Below, piece by piece: positions 25,991 to 35,745 of a stretch of DNA of 47,277 nt. This stretch comes from an uncultured Bacilli bacterium (GTDB lineage: Bacteria > Bacillota_I > Bacilli_A > RF39 > UBA660), in contig CANQHO010000002.1 of NCBI GenBank assembly GCA_947623815.1, forward strand, positions 1-47,277. Reading direction: 5' to 3'. The notes under the pieces were generated by a model. The model saw only the letters and a list, made by a program, of their open reading frames with translations. It was not told where the DNA came from and did no database searches. A program made the translations under genes and the position numbers. Numbering within the stretch: the first letter of the stretch is position 1; every line of letters starts with the position of its first letter.

Positions 25991-27754
25991 TTACATATAT
26001 TTATCAATTATTCTATTTATTTCCATTTCAATTTTATCTTTTTTTACAATATCGATAAATCCTTCATCAATATAATTTTGCATTATACTTTCTTTATCTT
26101 TATTAAGCATTACTACTACTGGTGTTTTTACTTTTTTACTTTGTAATTTTTTTAACACCATATACGCTTTTTCATTTTTCATTTCATCTTCTAATAAAAT
26201 CAAATTACATTTTTCTTTATTATCTATTCTACTTAATAATTCATCACCTGATAAACATTTTATAACTTCAATATTTTTTTCACTAAATATTTCACTTATC
26301 TTTTTTACTTCTTCCATTTTATCATCTAAAATTAAAACACTATTAGTTTTTAAAAGTTTTTTTTCTAATTTACTTTGTTCCAATTTTATTTTTTGATCAA
26401 TTACAATAGAATAGATACTTCCTTTTCCTTTACTGCTTTTTATATTGACACTACCACCTAAAAATCTAGCCATTTTTATTGCCAAAGTTAAATCCACATC
26501 TAAAGAATCTAATTTTTCAAAATCTTTTTCAGTCAAATCCAAATCATATTTTAAAAGTTCATTGATTTCTTCTAAACTTAATCCTTCATCTGATGTTTTT
26601 ATTTCAAACAATAATCGCAATACATCATATCTAACTATATTATCTACTTCAATATCGATAAATCCTTCTTTAGTATTTTTTATAGCTTGGTTAATAAAAG
26701 TCATCAAAATTTGCTTGATTTTTACATCATCACCATATAATTTAGGCGGAAAAGCCTTTTTGATTTTAAAACTAAATTCTATATCTTTATCTTTCAAAGA
26801 AATTTCGGCTTTCTTTTCAATATCTTTAAAAAATCTTTCACTACTATATTCATTATTTACTAATTTTATCTTACTAACATCTACATTTGATATATTTAAA
26901 ATATCATTGACAATAAAATTTAATTCATTGATATTTTGAACTACATCATCAAATAGTTCCTTTTTAACATTCTCATCATCTGATTTTTTATAATTGTTTA
27001 AATTGTCTTTAATTTGACCAAGTGGCATTCTTATTCTTTGCGATAATGTAAGTAAAGTAGTTGACCGATCTTCCAATGATTTTTCGGTTAATTCCCTATT
27101 TTTTATTATTTCACGCAAAATTTTAACATCAGGATTTTCAATAGTAAAATACATTATTATTATTATTATTGAATAAACATATCCTAATAAAAATAGTTGG
27201 GGATACAAAACACCAATTACAAAGTTAAGTCCACCTAAAAACAACAACACATAAAGAGGCATAAACTTACTTCTAACTATTTTCTTATGATATTTTATTA
27301 CCAAAACAATATCTATGAAAGAAACAACTAAACAAACTAAATAAACAAAATATAGAGCTAAACCATTAGGTGCAATACTATTATTTATTTTGACAAAATC
27401 AATTGGTAATAATAAATCAATTACAAATAAAATCGGTAGTACTATATTTATTATTTTTTGTTTTTTTTCGCTATAATTACAAATATTTACTAAATAATTA
27501 AAGAATAAAACACTCCAAACCAAATAGTAAGAAACAGTTAATTTGGAAAAAAAATGATAACCAATAACATCAATATTAAATCCCAAATTATACCATGCCC
27601 AAGTAAATACCTCTAATGAAAGACCAAATATTGTTAATACTAATAAACTACTATATATTTTAGTTTCATTATTTTTAACTCTTTCTTTAGAAAAATATCT
27701 TAAAGCAAAAATTATCAATATAATCAAAGAACTAATTGCGAAATATACACCCAT
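25991..27754 (-). CDS. Membrane hybrid histidine-kinase-like protein with degenerate catalytic motifs plus receiver-like domain
   Basis: About 6-7 N-terminal TM helices. The H-box position reads LSQRIRMPL (Gln in place of His). HATPase-like region (INQAIKNTKEG, SDEGLSL, FLGGSVNIKSSKGKGS). C-terminal receiver-like VLILDD ... LILLEDEM. Confidence 0.7.
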   Translation of the reverse strand: MGVYFAISSLIILIIFALRYFSKERVKNNETKIYSSLLVLTIFGLSLEVFTWAWYNLGFNIDVIGYHFFSKLTVSYYLVWSVLFFNYLVNICNYSEKKQKIINIVLPILFVIDLLLPIDFVKINNSIAPNGLALYFVYLVCLVVSFIDIVLVIKYHKKIVRSKFMPLYVLLFLGGLNFVIGVLYPQLFLLGYVYSIIIIIMYFTIENPDVKILREIIKNRELTEKSLEDRSTTLLTLSQRIRMPLGQIKDNLNNYKKSDDENVKKELFDDVVQNINELNFIVNDILNISNVDVSKIKLVNNEYSSERFFKDIEKKAEISLKDKDIEFSFKIKKAFPPKLYGDDVKIKQILMTFINQAIKNTKEGFIDIEVDNIVRYDVLRLLFEIKTSDEGLSLEEINELLKYDLDLTEKDFEKLDSLDVDLTLAIKMARFLGGSVNIKSSKGKGSIYSIVIDQKIKLEQSKLEKKLLKTNSVLILDDKMEEVKKISEIFSEKNIEVIKCLSGDELLSRIDNKEKCNLILLEDEMKNEKAYMVLKKLQSKKVKTPVVVMLNKDKESIMQNYIDEGFIDIVKKDKIEMEINRIIDKYM

Positions 27755-27811
27755 AAAACATCTACCTTTCTAACACTTAGTATAGCACAATAAGAAACAA
27801 ACAAGCAACTT

Positions 27812-27842
27812 AAAAAAAAGAATTTTAATTTAATTCTTTTTT
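27812..27842. terminator. Palindromic terminator-like hairpin at the 3' end of the AMP-ligase gene
   Basis: AAAAGAATT / AATTCTTTT flanked by an A-run and a T-run. Overlaps the last codons of the gene. Confidence 0.4.
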
Positions 27843-29551
27843 AAAGTTAATACTTTTTCTTTATTTTTTAAAGTACCATTTTTAATTTCTTCATCATCTT
27901 TTTCTTTGTAATAATTAACATCTACTTTTGTGTTAGACATTCTAATTAGTGGTTCAGTAGTATATTCAATATATCCTGGTAACCAACTATCACTTAATCT
28001 ATCAGAAATTAATTTGGTTAATTTATTTTCAAACTCATTAAAATCAATATTGTCATCATAAAGTGATATATGATAACTTGGTATATATTGTTTTATAACA
28101 TCTGATATTGGAGTTACTACAACTTCTCTTACCTCAGGTAAGGTCATAATTAACTCTTCAAGTTCTTCTGGATAAATATTTTCAATTCCGGAAACAAAAT
28201 TTCTTTTTTCTCTTCCTATATATCGATATTCACCAGACTCAGTTTCTAAAAGATAATCTCCCATATTGCACCATCTAATTCCATCTTCATCATAAGAAAT
28301 TACTTTATTTGTTTCTTCAATATTATTATGATATCCTAACATAACAGCTCGACCAGAAACATACAATAAACCTTTTTCACCTTTTTTAACTTCTTTTTTA
28401 GTAACTGGATCTACTAATTTAATTTTTAAATTACCATTAGCATTTCCTACTGTCCCTGGAGTATTCTTTTTCCCGTTGTTGGCCATGATAGTTGCCCAAG
28501 TTTCCGTAGCCCCAAGTCCATCACCAATATTCGCATCACTTCCACAATATCTAAAGGCTTGATTTATAGCATTATCAGTAATTTCTTTTTTAGCCTCACC
28601 ACCAGATGTTGCATAGTGTAAATTAGTTAGAGAATTAGGTTTTAACTTACTATTAGGAACAAATTTATCTCCTTGTTTTTCAATTAAAGATACCCAATGA
28701 GGTGGTCCACCAACTGCAGCAGTTGCTCCAGTTCTAACTAACTCATCATAAAAGTCATCAGGTCCAGCCTTTAAAGTAAGGGCTAATTCCATATTATTAC
28801 ACAAAGCAAAATGCATTGTATACTTTCCAAAAACCATATGTCCAACCGGAATATTACCTAAATGAATCATACCAGGTTCTGCTTGAAAAATACTTTTCAT
28901 TCCATCAACCACATAGTTTAAACCATCACCAGCTAAATCAACACCTTTATGTACACCTGTTGAACCACCGGTAAACATAATATCTGTAAGTTCACATTTT
29001 TTATATTCTGCTCTTTCAATATCAATTTTAGTATTATCTTTTAATAATTCATGTAAATTAGAATCCTTATCTAATTTAAAATTACCATTTTTCATCTGCA
29101 TTGCTTTATATCCCAATTTTAATTTTAAATCTTTACTTGATTCAAAAGGTGAATATAATATGGTGGAAAAATTCAAAGCCTTTTCATAATCTTTAAAATT
29201 ACTATACATCATATCGACAGTTATAATCATTTTAGGTCTAGTAAGTTCAATATCTCTTTTTATTTTTATCTTATTATCTAATGGACTAAATCCTACAACA
29301 ATTGCTCCTATAATATCTAAAGCATATAGTAAATAAACAGATTCAGGAGTATTTAAGGCACAAACCCCAATTACATCTCCTTTTCTAATCCCCTTTTTAT
29401 ATAACATCATAGCATATTTTTCTATTCTATCATGCATTTCTTCAAATGTTATTTTACGATTATCTTCAGTAGTTAAAGCTATATAATCCATATAGTTTTT
29501 ATTATTTTCCAAAAGATAATCATATTTGGTCATATCTGGATTTACTCTCAT
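27830..29551 (-). CDS. AMP-dependent synthetase/ligase (acyl-adenylate-forming enzyme)
   Basis: FTGGSTGVHKG (AMP-binding P-loop variant), GYHNN, GDY ... GREKRNF. Confidence 0.75.
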   Translation of the reverse strand: MRVNPDMTKYDYLLENNKNYMDYIALTTEDNRKITFEEMHDRIEKYAMMLYKKGIRKGDVIGVCALNTPESVYLLYALDIIGAIVVGFSPLDNKIKIKRDIELTRPKMIITVDMMYSNFKDYEKALNFSTILYSPFESSKDLKLKLGYKAMQMKNGNFKLDKDSNLHELLKDNTKIDIERAEYKKCELTDIMFTGGSTGVHKGVDLAGDGLNYVVDGMKSIFQAEPGMIHLGNIPVGHMVFGKYTMHFALCNNMELALTLKAGPDDFYDELVRTGATAAVGGPPHWVSLIEKQGDKFVPNSKLKPNSLTNLHYATSGGEAKKEITDNAINQAFRYCGSDANIGDGLGATETWATIMANNGKKNTPGTVGNANGNLKIKLVDPVTKKEVKKGEKGLLYVSGRAVMLGYHNNIEETNKVISYDEDGIRWCNMGDYLLETESGEYRYIGREKRNFVSGIENIYPEELEELIMTLPEVREVVVTPISDVIKQYIPSYHISLYDDNIDFNEFENKLTKLISDRLSDSWLPGYIEYTTEPLIRMSNTKVDVNYYKEKDDEEIKNGTLKNKEKVLTLKKN

Positions 29552-29589
29552 AAAACCCTCCTTCTATAGTCCATTATACCATGATTACC

Positions 29590-30126
29590 TTATTTTTCAA
29601 TGTTTTTTTCAAAATAACCATTATATACTTGCTTAGATTCATTAACTACTACAAATGCCTTAGAATCTAAGTTTTTAATAATTTTTTTAATATGTGACAA
29701 ATCATTTTTATCAATTTCAATAAAAAGTAAATACTTTCTACTTTTAAAATCTTTACCTTTTATCGGAATTACTGACACCCCATACCCTAAATTTCTAATA
29801 TACTTAATTAAATTTTTATCCTGTTTACTTGTAACTACTTGAATAGTTAAATTACCAGGTATCAATATTTCGGATAAAAAAGTTCCTATATAAGTTCCGG
29901 TCGCAAACCCTAATGCATATGAAAAACCTATCCAAACACTAGTCATCGAAGTATTTAAAGCCTCTTTGACAACTAAAAACCAAACAAACACTTCAAAAAA
30001 ACCGATAACTGAAGCCAAAAGTTTTTGGCCCTTAACCGTTACAATAGTTCTTAAAGTTCCCAAAGTAACATCCAAAATTCGCACCAAAAACACTTTAACA
30101 CATAATTTAATTAAAATAAAATTCAT
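29590..30126 (-). CDS. UPF0316 / DUF2179 family membrane protein
   Basis: RILDVTLGTLRTIVTVKGQKLLASVIGFFEVFVW is the typical family signature, with three TM helices and a soluble C-terminal domain. Confidence 0.65.
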   Translation of the reverse strand: MNFILIKLCVKVFLVRILDVTLGTLRTIVTVKGQKLLASVIGFFEVFVWFLVVKEALNTSMTSVWIGFSYALGFATGTYIGTFLSEILIPGNLTIQVVTSKQDKNLIKYIRNLGYGVSVIPIKGKDFKSRKYLLFIEIDKNDLSHIKKIIKNLDSKAFVVVNESKQVYNGYFEKNIEK

Positions 30127-30190
30127 CTTCCGCCTCCTTTAAGATTGAAAAAGAAAAAAGCCTATTGTATAATAAATTTAGGTGATAAAT

Positions 30191-31126
30191 ATGAGAAAAC
30201 GTCGTTTAAAAAAAAGTGCAATCATAATTCCAATTATTATTATTATAATCATTATTGGAATTATTATAGGAATAAACTTCTATAAAAAAATAAATAGTTA
30301 TTCCTATAAACTAGAAAAATTAGGTTATAAAAAAGATGAAGTGGAAATTTTATTAAAACTTAAAGATGACCAAATTGAAAATATTTTAAAAAGAGAAAAA
30401 AATATCGTTATTCCTAGACTAGTAAAACAAAAATATTTTATTTTTGAAAACCTAGATAGATATTTAAAATACTATAAAGATCATGAAAAAGAAAAAAAAG
30501 AAACAATCGTTTCTAAAGTCAACGTAAATAGAGATAGTGATTACTACACCAACACCAAGCCAGCCGATACTAGTAAAGGCTATGGTATATTAGTAAATAA
30601 ATACTATTACTTAAGTAAGGACTTTGCTCCCGATGACTTACAAGATGTCAGTATTCTTTATTCATACGGTGAACAAAAATTACGCAAAGAAGCCTTAGAA
30701 CAATTTATAAACATGTTCAATGCCGCTAAAGCGGAAAATATTACCATCATTGTCAATTCATCATACCGGACTTATCAATATCAAGCTGATCTTTGGGATA
30801 ATTACTCCAGTGCTCACGGTCCCGAATGGGCTGATAGTTACGCCGCTAGGGCCGGTTACTCAGAACATCAAACGGGACTAGCATTAGATGTCACTACTTA
30901 TGGAGTCAAGGGACAAGAAGGTTTTGAAAAAACTAAAGCCTATGAATGGATGATTAACCATTCATACGAATATGGATTTATATTAAGATATCCTAAAGGT
31001 AAAGAAGACACAACTGGTTATTCTTATGAATCTTGGCATTATCGGTATGTCGGTGTCGATTTAGCCAAAAAAATACACGATTCTAATTTAACATTTGATG
31101 AATATTATGCTTATTATATGAAATAG
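30191..31126 (+). CDS. VanY-like D-alanyl-D-alanine carboxypeptidase (peptidase M15B), membrane anchored
   Basis: SYRTYQYQ, GYSEHQTGLALDV and ESWHYRYVG. AGGTGA Shine-Dalgarno before the ATG at 30191. N-terminal TM helix. Confidence 0.85.
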   Translation: MRKRRLKKSAIIIPIIIIIIIIGIIIGINFYKKINSYSYKLEKLGYKKDEVEILLKLKDDQIENILKREKNIVIPRLVKQKYFIFENLDRYLKYYKDHEKEKKETIVSKVNVNRDSDYYTNTKPADTSKGYGILVNKYYYLSKDFAPDDLQDVSILYSYGEQKLRKEALEQFINMFNAAKAENITIIVNSSYRTYQYQADLWDNYSSAHGPEWADSYAARAGYSEHQTGLALDVTTYGVKGQEGFEKTKAYEWMINHSYEYGFILRYPKGKEDTTGYSYESWHYRYVGVDLAKKIHDSNLTFDEYYAYYMK

Positions 31127-31175
31127 TTTTGCTATTTCATTTTAATTTTAGTATAATTAAATAGAAGGTGATAGG

Positions 31176-32258
31176 ATGAAAAAAATAACAATTTTTATAA
31201 TTATAATTGTTATTGGGGTAATTGGTTTTCTTGTATTAAATAAAGTACAAAATAAAAATGAAGAAAATAAATATCGTTATAATGATTTAACTAAAGTTGG
31301 TTATAACGATGATGAAATAAATTATATTTATTCCAAATTAGATGAAAGCAATATCAATATTTTACTTAGATATTCTTATCAAAAAGAATTAAAAAATTTA
31401 TTAGAACATAAAGACTTTAAAATGAATAATTTAAATAATTATTTAGAAATGAAAGATAAAATAACCATTGATTTAGATGATATTATCTATATAGTAAATG
31501 ACAACTCCTATAAAGAAGATATCACATATAATGAATTTGTTATCAGTATGATTAAAGAAGAATATTACTTAAAAGATCGTTTAGATAGATATATTGATTA
31601 TCATACTAAAAACACCAAAAAAACAGTAAAAGAAGTAATTCAAAATGTCAACGCTAATCTAGACTATGAATTTTATACTAACACATCTAGTACTGATACT
31701 TCTAAAGGTACTCTAATGATTGTCAATAAATACTATAAACTAGATGAAAGTTATGTACCAGATGACTTAGTAGATGTTGAAAGTAAATATGGAGCCAATA
31801 AACAAATGAGTAAAGTGGCTTATGAAGCTTTTATCGAATTATTTAATGACGCCCAAAAACAAGGTTATAATCTTTATATTGCTTCACCATATCGCAGTTA
31901 TCAATATCAAACAACATTATATAATAATTATGTAAAAAGTGATGGCAAAAAAAATGCTGACACTTATTCAGCTAGACCAGGATATTCCGAACATCAAACT
32001 GGTTTAGCCGCTGACGTTATGGCTCGTGGAAATTCTTCTTTAAATGAATTTGAAAACACTAAAGAATTTAAATGGATGAAAAAAAATGCTTATAAATATG
32101 GGTTTATCCTAAGATATCCTGAAAATAAAGAATATATAACTGGTTATATATATGAACCATGGCATTATCGCTATGTTGGAAAGGAGGCCGCCAAAACAAT
32201 TTACGAAAAGAATTTAACTTACGAAGAATACTATGCTTACTATGTTGATAAAAAATAA
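31176..32258 (+). CDS. VanY-like M15B carboxypeptidase, membrane anchored (paralog 2)
   Basis: PYRSYQYQ, GYSEHQTGLAADV and EPWHYRYVG. N-terminal TM helix. Confidence 0.85.
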   Translation: MKKITIFIIIIVIGVIGFLVLNKVQNKNEENKYRYNDLTKVGYNDDEINYIYSKLDESNINILLRYSYQKELKNLLEHKDFKMNNLNNYLEMKDKITIDLDDIIYIVNDNSYKEDITYNEFVISMIKEEYYLKDRLDRYIDYHTKNTKKTVKEVIQNVNANLDYEFYTNTSSTDTSKGTLMIVNKYYKLDESYVPDDLVDVESKYGANKQMSKVAYEAFIELFNDAQKQGYNLYIASPYRSYQYQTTLYNNYVKSDGKKNADTYSARPGYSEHQTGLAADVMARGNSSLNEFENTKEFKWMKKNAYKYGFILRYPENKEYITGYIYEPWHYRYVGKEAAKTIYEKNLTYEEYYAYYVDKK

Positions 32259-32275
32259 ATAATAAGGAGAAATAT

Positions 32276-33103
32276 ATGGAAAATAAAAATAATAAAAATT
32301 TAATAATCGTTTTAATAATAATAATTTTAGTTTTAATTACAATAATTGGTTTACTTTTAACCGGAATCATAAAAATAAATAGACCAAATAATAATAACAA
32401 CAACAATAATATTACTTTAGAAAAAACAGAACAAATGGATAATACCAAATTGCAAAATTTTATTAACGACTACACTAATTCATTTACTTCTATTTTACTT
32501 GTTAATGGGACTTGGCAAGATGGTGATAAAAATGAAAACGAATTAATTATAAAGAAAAATACTAATTACTTAGAAAAAGAAGAAGATAAACAATTATTTG
32601 TTATGGAAAATATTGCCAAAGATGAAAACAATAATAAAAATTTTATCATATTTAATTCATTTGGGGAAATTAACAAAGATGAAACTTGTGTAAGATGCGA
32701 TGCTACTCCAGCATATTATCCATATAATTTATTTAATATAGAATTTAAAAAAGTATTTAATAGAGATTTTGATATGTCAAAAAAGGCTACATCTGAATAT
32801 AGTAAAGTTCCAAAAGATGATGATAGTAGTATAGATTATTCTAAAGCAGAAATAATTAAATATGAAAATTCTAATGACTATGTTTACAACAATTATCCTG
32901 ATACTGGTGGTGCTTATGATATTCAAAATATCCAAGTTATTTCTTCTAGTTATGACAACCAAACAAAAAAATATACAGCCAATTTAAACTTGATATATAG
33001 TGATAGATTAAAAGGACTTTGTGGTGTTGATAGTAATAGTGCTAAACTAGTTTACACTATCGTAAATGATAACATTATATTAGAATCATTTACTGTAGAA
33101 TAA
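32276..33103 (+). CDS. Membrane-anchored hypothetical protein with poly-Asn tract
   Basis: N-terminal TM helix, a run of nine Asn, no recognisable domain. Confidence 0.6.
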   Translation: MENKNNKNLIIVLIIIILVLITIIGLLLTGIIKINRPNNNNNNNNITLEKTEQMDNTKLQNFINDYTNSFTSILLVNGTWQDGDKNENELIIKKNTNYLEKEEDKQLFVMENIAKDENNNKNFIIFNSFGEINKDETCVRCDATPAYYPYNLFNIEFKKVFNRDFDMSKKATSEYSKVPKDDDSSIDYSKAEIIKYENSNDYVYNNYPDTGGAYDIQNIQVISSSYDNQTKKYTANLNLIYSDRLKGLCGVDSNSAKLVYTIVNDNIILESFTVE

Positions 33104-33128
33104 AAGGTCTAAACCTTTTATTTTTTTC
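33103..33128 (+). terminator. Short terminator-like hairpin
   Basis: AAAGGT-ctaa-ACCTTT followed by a T-run. Confidence 0.4.
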
Positions 33129-33149
33129 ATATAATTTATTGGTGATATT

Positions 33150-33704
33150 ATGGAGATTTCTATTACCACCTTAGTAAATAAAGATAACCCTTTAGAAGAA
33201 AACTTTGTTCCTGATAATTTGTCTACTCTAGCCAGTTTTTGTTCGGAAAGTGATAAACAACTTATTAAAGAAGCTAAAATCCAATGGGAAATATTATGTA
33301 CTAATGCTTGTAAAGAAGGTATGAACTTAAAAGTTGTATCAGCCTATCGAAGTTTTGAATATCAACAAAAATTATTTGACTATTATGTCAAAACCAGAGG
33401 ATTAAAATACGCATCTAAATGTTCTGCTAAACCCGGATATTCCGAACATCAAACTGGCCTAGCTATCGATGTCATGGGAGAAAATGGAGATTATAATTTA
33501 TTTCAAGAAACTAAAGAATTTAACTGGATGAATAAACATGCCTACGAATATGGCTTTATATTAAGATATCCTAAAGACAAAGAAAAAATAACAGGATATA
33601 AATATGAACCATGGCATTATCGATATGTTGGTAAAGAATTAGCTGCTTATCTTTTTCAAAATGATTTAACAATGGAAGAATATTTTTTAAAAGAACCCAA
33701 TTAG
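33150..33704 (+). CDS. VanY-like M15B carboxypeptidase without signal peptide or anchor (paralog 3)
   Basis: AYRSFEYQ, GYSEHQTGLAIDV and EPWHYRYVG. Only 184 aa and starts directly with the catalytic domain. Confidence 0.85.
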   Translation: MEISITTLVNKDNPLEENFVPDNLSTLASFCSESDKQLIKEAKIQWEILCTNACKEGMNLKVVSAYRSFEYQQKLFDYYVKTRGLKYASKCSAKPGYSEHQTGLAIDVMGENGDYNLFQETKEFNWMNKHAYEYGFILRYPKDKEKITGYKYEPWHYRYVGKELAAYLFQNDLTMEEYFLKEPN

Positions 33705-33710
33705 GTTCTT

Positions 33711-34226
33711 TTAAATTAACAATTTATAAATTATATCAAAAGTCATTAAAAAAGTTAAAACAATAGGAACTTGTTTAGGAATATTATAAAGTAATGGATC
33801 AACTATTTTTTTAATTAAATAAGCTAGTATTAAAGAACATATTCCCCACACACAGGCCATCGGTATAGATATATATTTACCAATAGATAATGGATGATTT
33901 GTATAATCCCAAAATGTTACATGAAATATTTTTTCAATAAATATTCCACCTATCCACTCTAAACATGTCAATATTAAAAAACCATTTAAAAAAACTAATA
34001 AAACTTCTATCCATTTTTTATTTATATTTTGTTTTTTCAAAAAATTATAAAGATATAATATAACTACACTACCAAAACCATATACCGGTGTCCAATATCC
34101 TAATAAAATACCCGGTTCTTTGGTATAAAAAAATTCTTCTAAAACATGTCCTAATATAGAAAATAAAAAAAAGGCATTTAAATAATACATAGTATCACCG
34201 GTATTATTATGCCTTATTTTAAACAA
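33711..34226 (-). CDS. Polytopic membrane protein (possibly the family annotated as putative ABC-transporter type IV)
   Basis: Four to five TM helices. The family guess is from the N-terminal FLFSILGHVLEEFFY pattern only. Confidence 0.5.
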   Translation of the reverse strand: MFKIRHNNTGDTMYYLNAFFLFSILGHVLEEFFYTKEPGILLGYWTPVYGFGSVVILYLYNFLKKQNINKKWIEVLLVFLNGFLILTCLEWIGGIFIEKIFHVTFWDYTNHPLSIGKYISIPMACVWGICSLILAYLIKKIVDPLLYNIPKQVPIVLTFLMTFDIIYKLLI

Positions 34227-34230
34227 AATA

Positions 34231-34806
34231 TTATTTTAAAGCATCTAAAAGTTCAGCTTTTTTCATTGTTGTATATCCTTTAACACCTTTTTCTTTAGCT
34301 AATTCTTTTAATTCAGCTACAGTCATAGTAGATAAATCTTTTGTTTTATTTTCTTTTACTTCTTTCTTTTCAACTTTGGTTTCATTTTTTACTTCTTTTT
34401 TAGTTTCTTCTTTTTTAACAGTTTCTTTTTTAGCAACTGGTTTAACATTACCATTTAAAGCATCTTTAGCAATATCAACTAAACTAGTAAATGATTTTGG
34501 ATTATCAATAGCAAGTTCTGATAACATTTTACGGTTAACAGTAACTCCGGCTATTTTTAAACCATTCATAAATTTAGAATAACTAATTTCATTTTCTCTA
34601 CATGCTGCGTTAATACGAGTTATCCATAACTTTCTAAAATCTCTTTTCTTTTGTCTTCTATCACGATATGCATAGGCTCCAGAATGCATAACTTGTTCAC
34701 TAGCTGTTTTATACAAACGATGTTTACTTCCAAAATATCCTTTGGCTTCTTTTAATATTTTATTACGACGTTTCTTATGTATATTTCCGCCTTTAACTCT
34801 TGTCAT
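34231..34806 (-). CDS. rplT: Ribosomal protein L20 with about 70-aa C-terminal extension ending in a Rho_N/SAP-like helix-hairpin
   Basis: L20 core: MTRVKGG ... [21 protein letters not shown] ... NRKMLSELA. Then a K/E-rich linker and [30 protein letters not shown]. Confidence 0.9.
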   Translation of the reverse strand: MTRVKGGNIHKKRRNKILKEAKGYFGSKHRLYKTASEQVMHSGAYAYRDRRQKKRDFRKLWITRINAACRENEISYSKFMNGLKIAGVTVNRKMLSELAIDNPKSFTSLVDIAKDALNGNVKPVAKKETVKKEETKKEVKNETKVEKKEVKENKTKDLSTMTVAELKELAKEKGVKGYTTMKKAELLDALK

Positions 34807-34817
34807 AATTTACCTCC

Positions 34818-35024
34818 TTATTTTCCTAATATAGTTTTTACTCTTTTGTAATCAGAGTTACTTAAAGAATTTCCTTTTCTTTTATTTCTTCTTTTACTAG
34901 AAGTTTGTTTTCCCGTGTTGTGATTGTTAGCAGATACTCCAATTTTGATAGTACCACTATTTCTAACTTTCATAACTTTACTTGTTCCCTTATGGGTTTT
35001 TAATTTATTTTTCTTTGCTTTCAT
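34818..35024 (-). CDS. rpmI: Ribosomal protein L35
   Basis: Basic 68-aa protein with KLKTHKGTSKVMKV ... KRVKTILG. Lies between infC and rplT. Confidence 0.85.
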   Translation of the reverse strand: MKAKKNKLKTHKGTSKVMKVRNSGTIKIGVSANNHNTGKQTSSKRRNKRKGNSLSNSDYKRVKTILGK

Positions 35025-35035
35025 ACTAATCCTCC

Positions 35036-35563
35036 TTATTTTTTCTTTGGCATCAACATCATGTTCATAAAACGCCCTTCCATTTTAGGGTTAGTTTCAA
35101 TATCGGCAATATCTTTTACAGCCTCATAAAAGCGATTTAAAACCTCTTTCCCTCGTGATAAATGGGCTAATTCACGACCTTTAAACTTAACTGACAATTT
35201 CACGCGATGTCCTTTTTCTAAATATTTTGATGCATTTTTTACCCTTGTTTCAAAATCATGAACATCAATTGAAACAGACAAACGATATTCTTTAATTTCT
35301 AAGTTACTTTCCCGTTGTTTTTTCATATTTTCTTTCTGTTTTTTCTTGTTTTCGTATTTAAACTTATTATAATCCATAATTTTACAAACTGGTGGCGTAG
35401 AATTTGGATTTATCAAAACCAAATCAAATCCCGCAAATTCCGCTACTGTCTTTGCATCATCTAATGTTTTTACTCCTAATTTTTCACCATTTGGACCAAT
35501 TACCATTACTTCTTTTGCCCGTATTTGGTCGTTGATGTATAAATCATTTTTATTAGCTATAAT
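35036..35563 (-). CDS. infC: Translation initiation factor IF-3
   Basis: INDQIRAKEVMVIGPNGEKLGV ... VCKIMDYNKFKYE. GGAGGTG Shine-Dalgarno followed by an in-frame ATT ATA, consistent with the non-canonical AUU/AUA start typical of infC. The upstream part of the track ORF is rejected. Confidence 0.9.
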   Translation of the reverse strand: MIANKNDLYINDQIRAKEVMVIGPNGEKLGVKTLDDAKTVAEFAGFDLVLINPNSTPPVCKIMDYNKFKYENKKKQKENMKKQRESNLEIKEYRLSVSIDVHDFETRVKNASKYLEKGHRVKLSVKFKGRELAHLSRGKEVLNRFYEAVKDIADIETNPKMEGRFMNMMLMPKKK

Positions 35564-35569
35564 TGACAC

Positions 35570-35745
35570 CTCCAAAACTAAAGCCAATATTGACTTATTT
35601 TTCTGAGTAATACTCCCAGATATAAAAAAGGGCACACAAAGTGTCCCTATAAATGTCGATAAAAATTTTTTATGGCATTAACCCAAGGCTATAGCAATCG
35701 GGTGAGAAGTGGACACTTCTTCTTTCCTTTTTTAAATTCATTTAT
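35570..35745 (-). promoter_or_regulatory. L20-leader-like transcription attenuator of the infC-rpmI-rplT operon
   Basis: The leader contains hairpin GAAGTGTCCACTTC and terminator AGGGACAC-ttt-GTGTGCCCT plus TTTTTT. The early GTGTCC can alternatively pair with GGGACAC. Confidence 0.55.

Noticed and set aside
32385-32415. The AAT/AAC run as a microsatellite or phase-variation tract
   Set aside because: It is a mixed-codon poly-Asn tract inside an ORF. It is not a perfect homopolymer or a perfect short repeat, so slipped-strand switching is not supported.
32104-32448. Minus-strand ORF 32104..32448, and similar antisense ORFs (6768..7064, 7496..7726, 9736..9945, 15917..16180, 15969..16160, 16392..16805, 16919..17101, 18202..18399, 18344..18574, 20746..20937, 23887..24189, 26445..26939, 32777..32962, 34376..34582, 38979..39188, 40994..41185, 41930..42175, 42824..43069, 45080..45346, 45576..45767, 46431..46616, 46929..47162)
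   Set aside because: All overlap well-supported genes on the opposite strand (23887..24189 overlaps the pseudogene remnants). Their composition is hydrophobic low-complexity sequence typical of AT-rich antisense frames, and they have no RBS.
35564-35635. N-terminal extensions in the track for infC (to 35635), def (144), VanY-1 (30182), GH25 (42669) and the XRE protein (5542)
   Set aside because: In each case a Shine-Dalgarno sequence sits in front of a downstream start, and the extension lacks one. For infC the extension would also run through the leader terminator.
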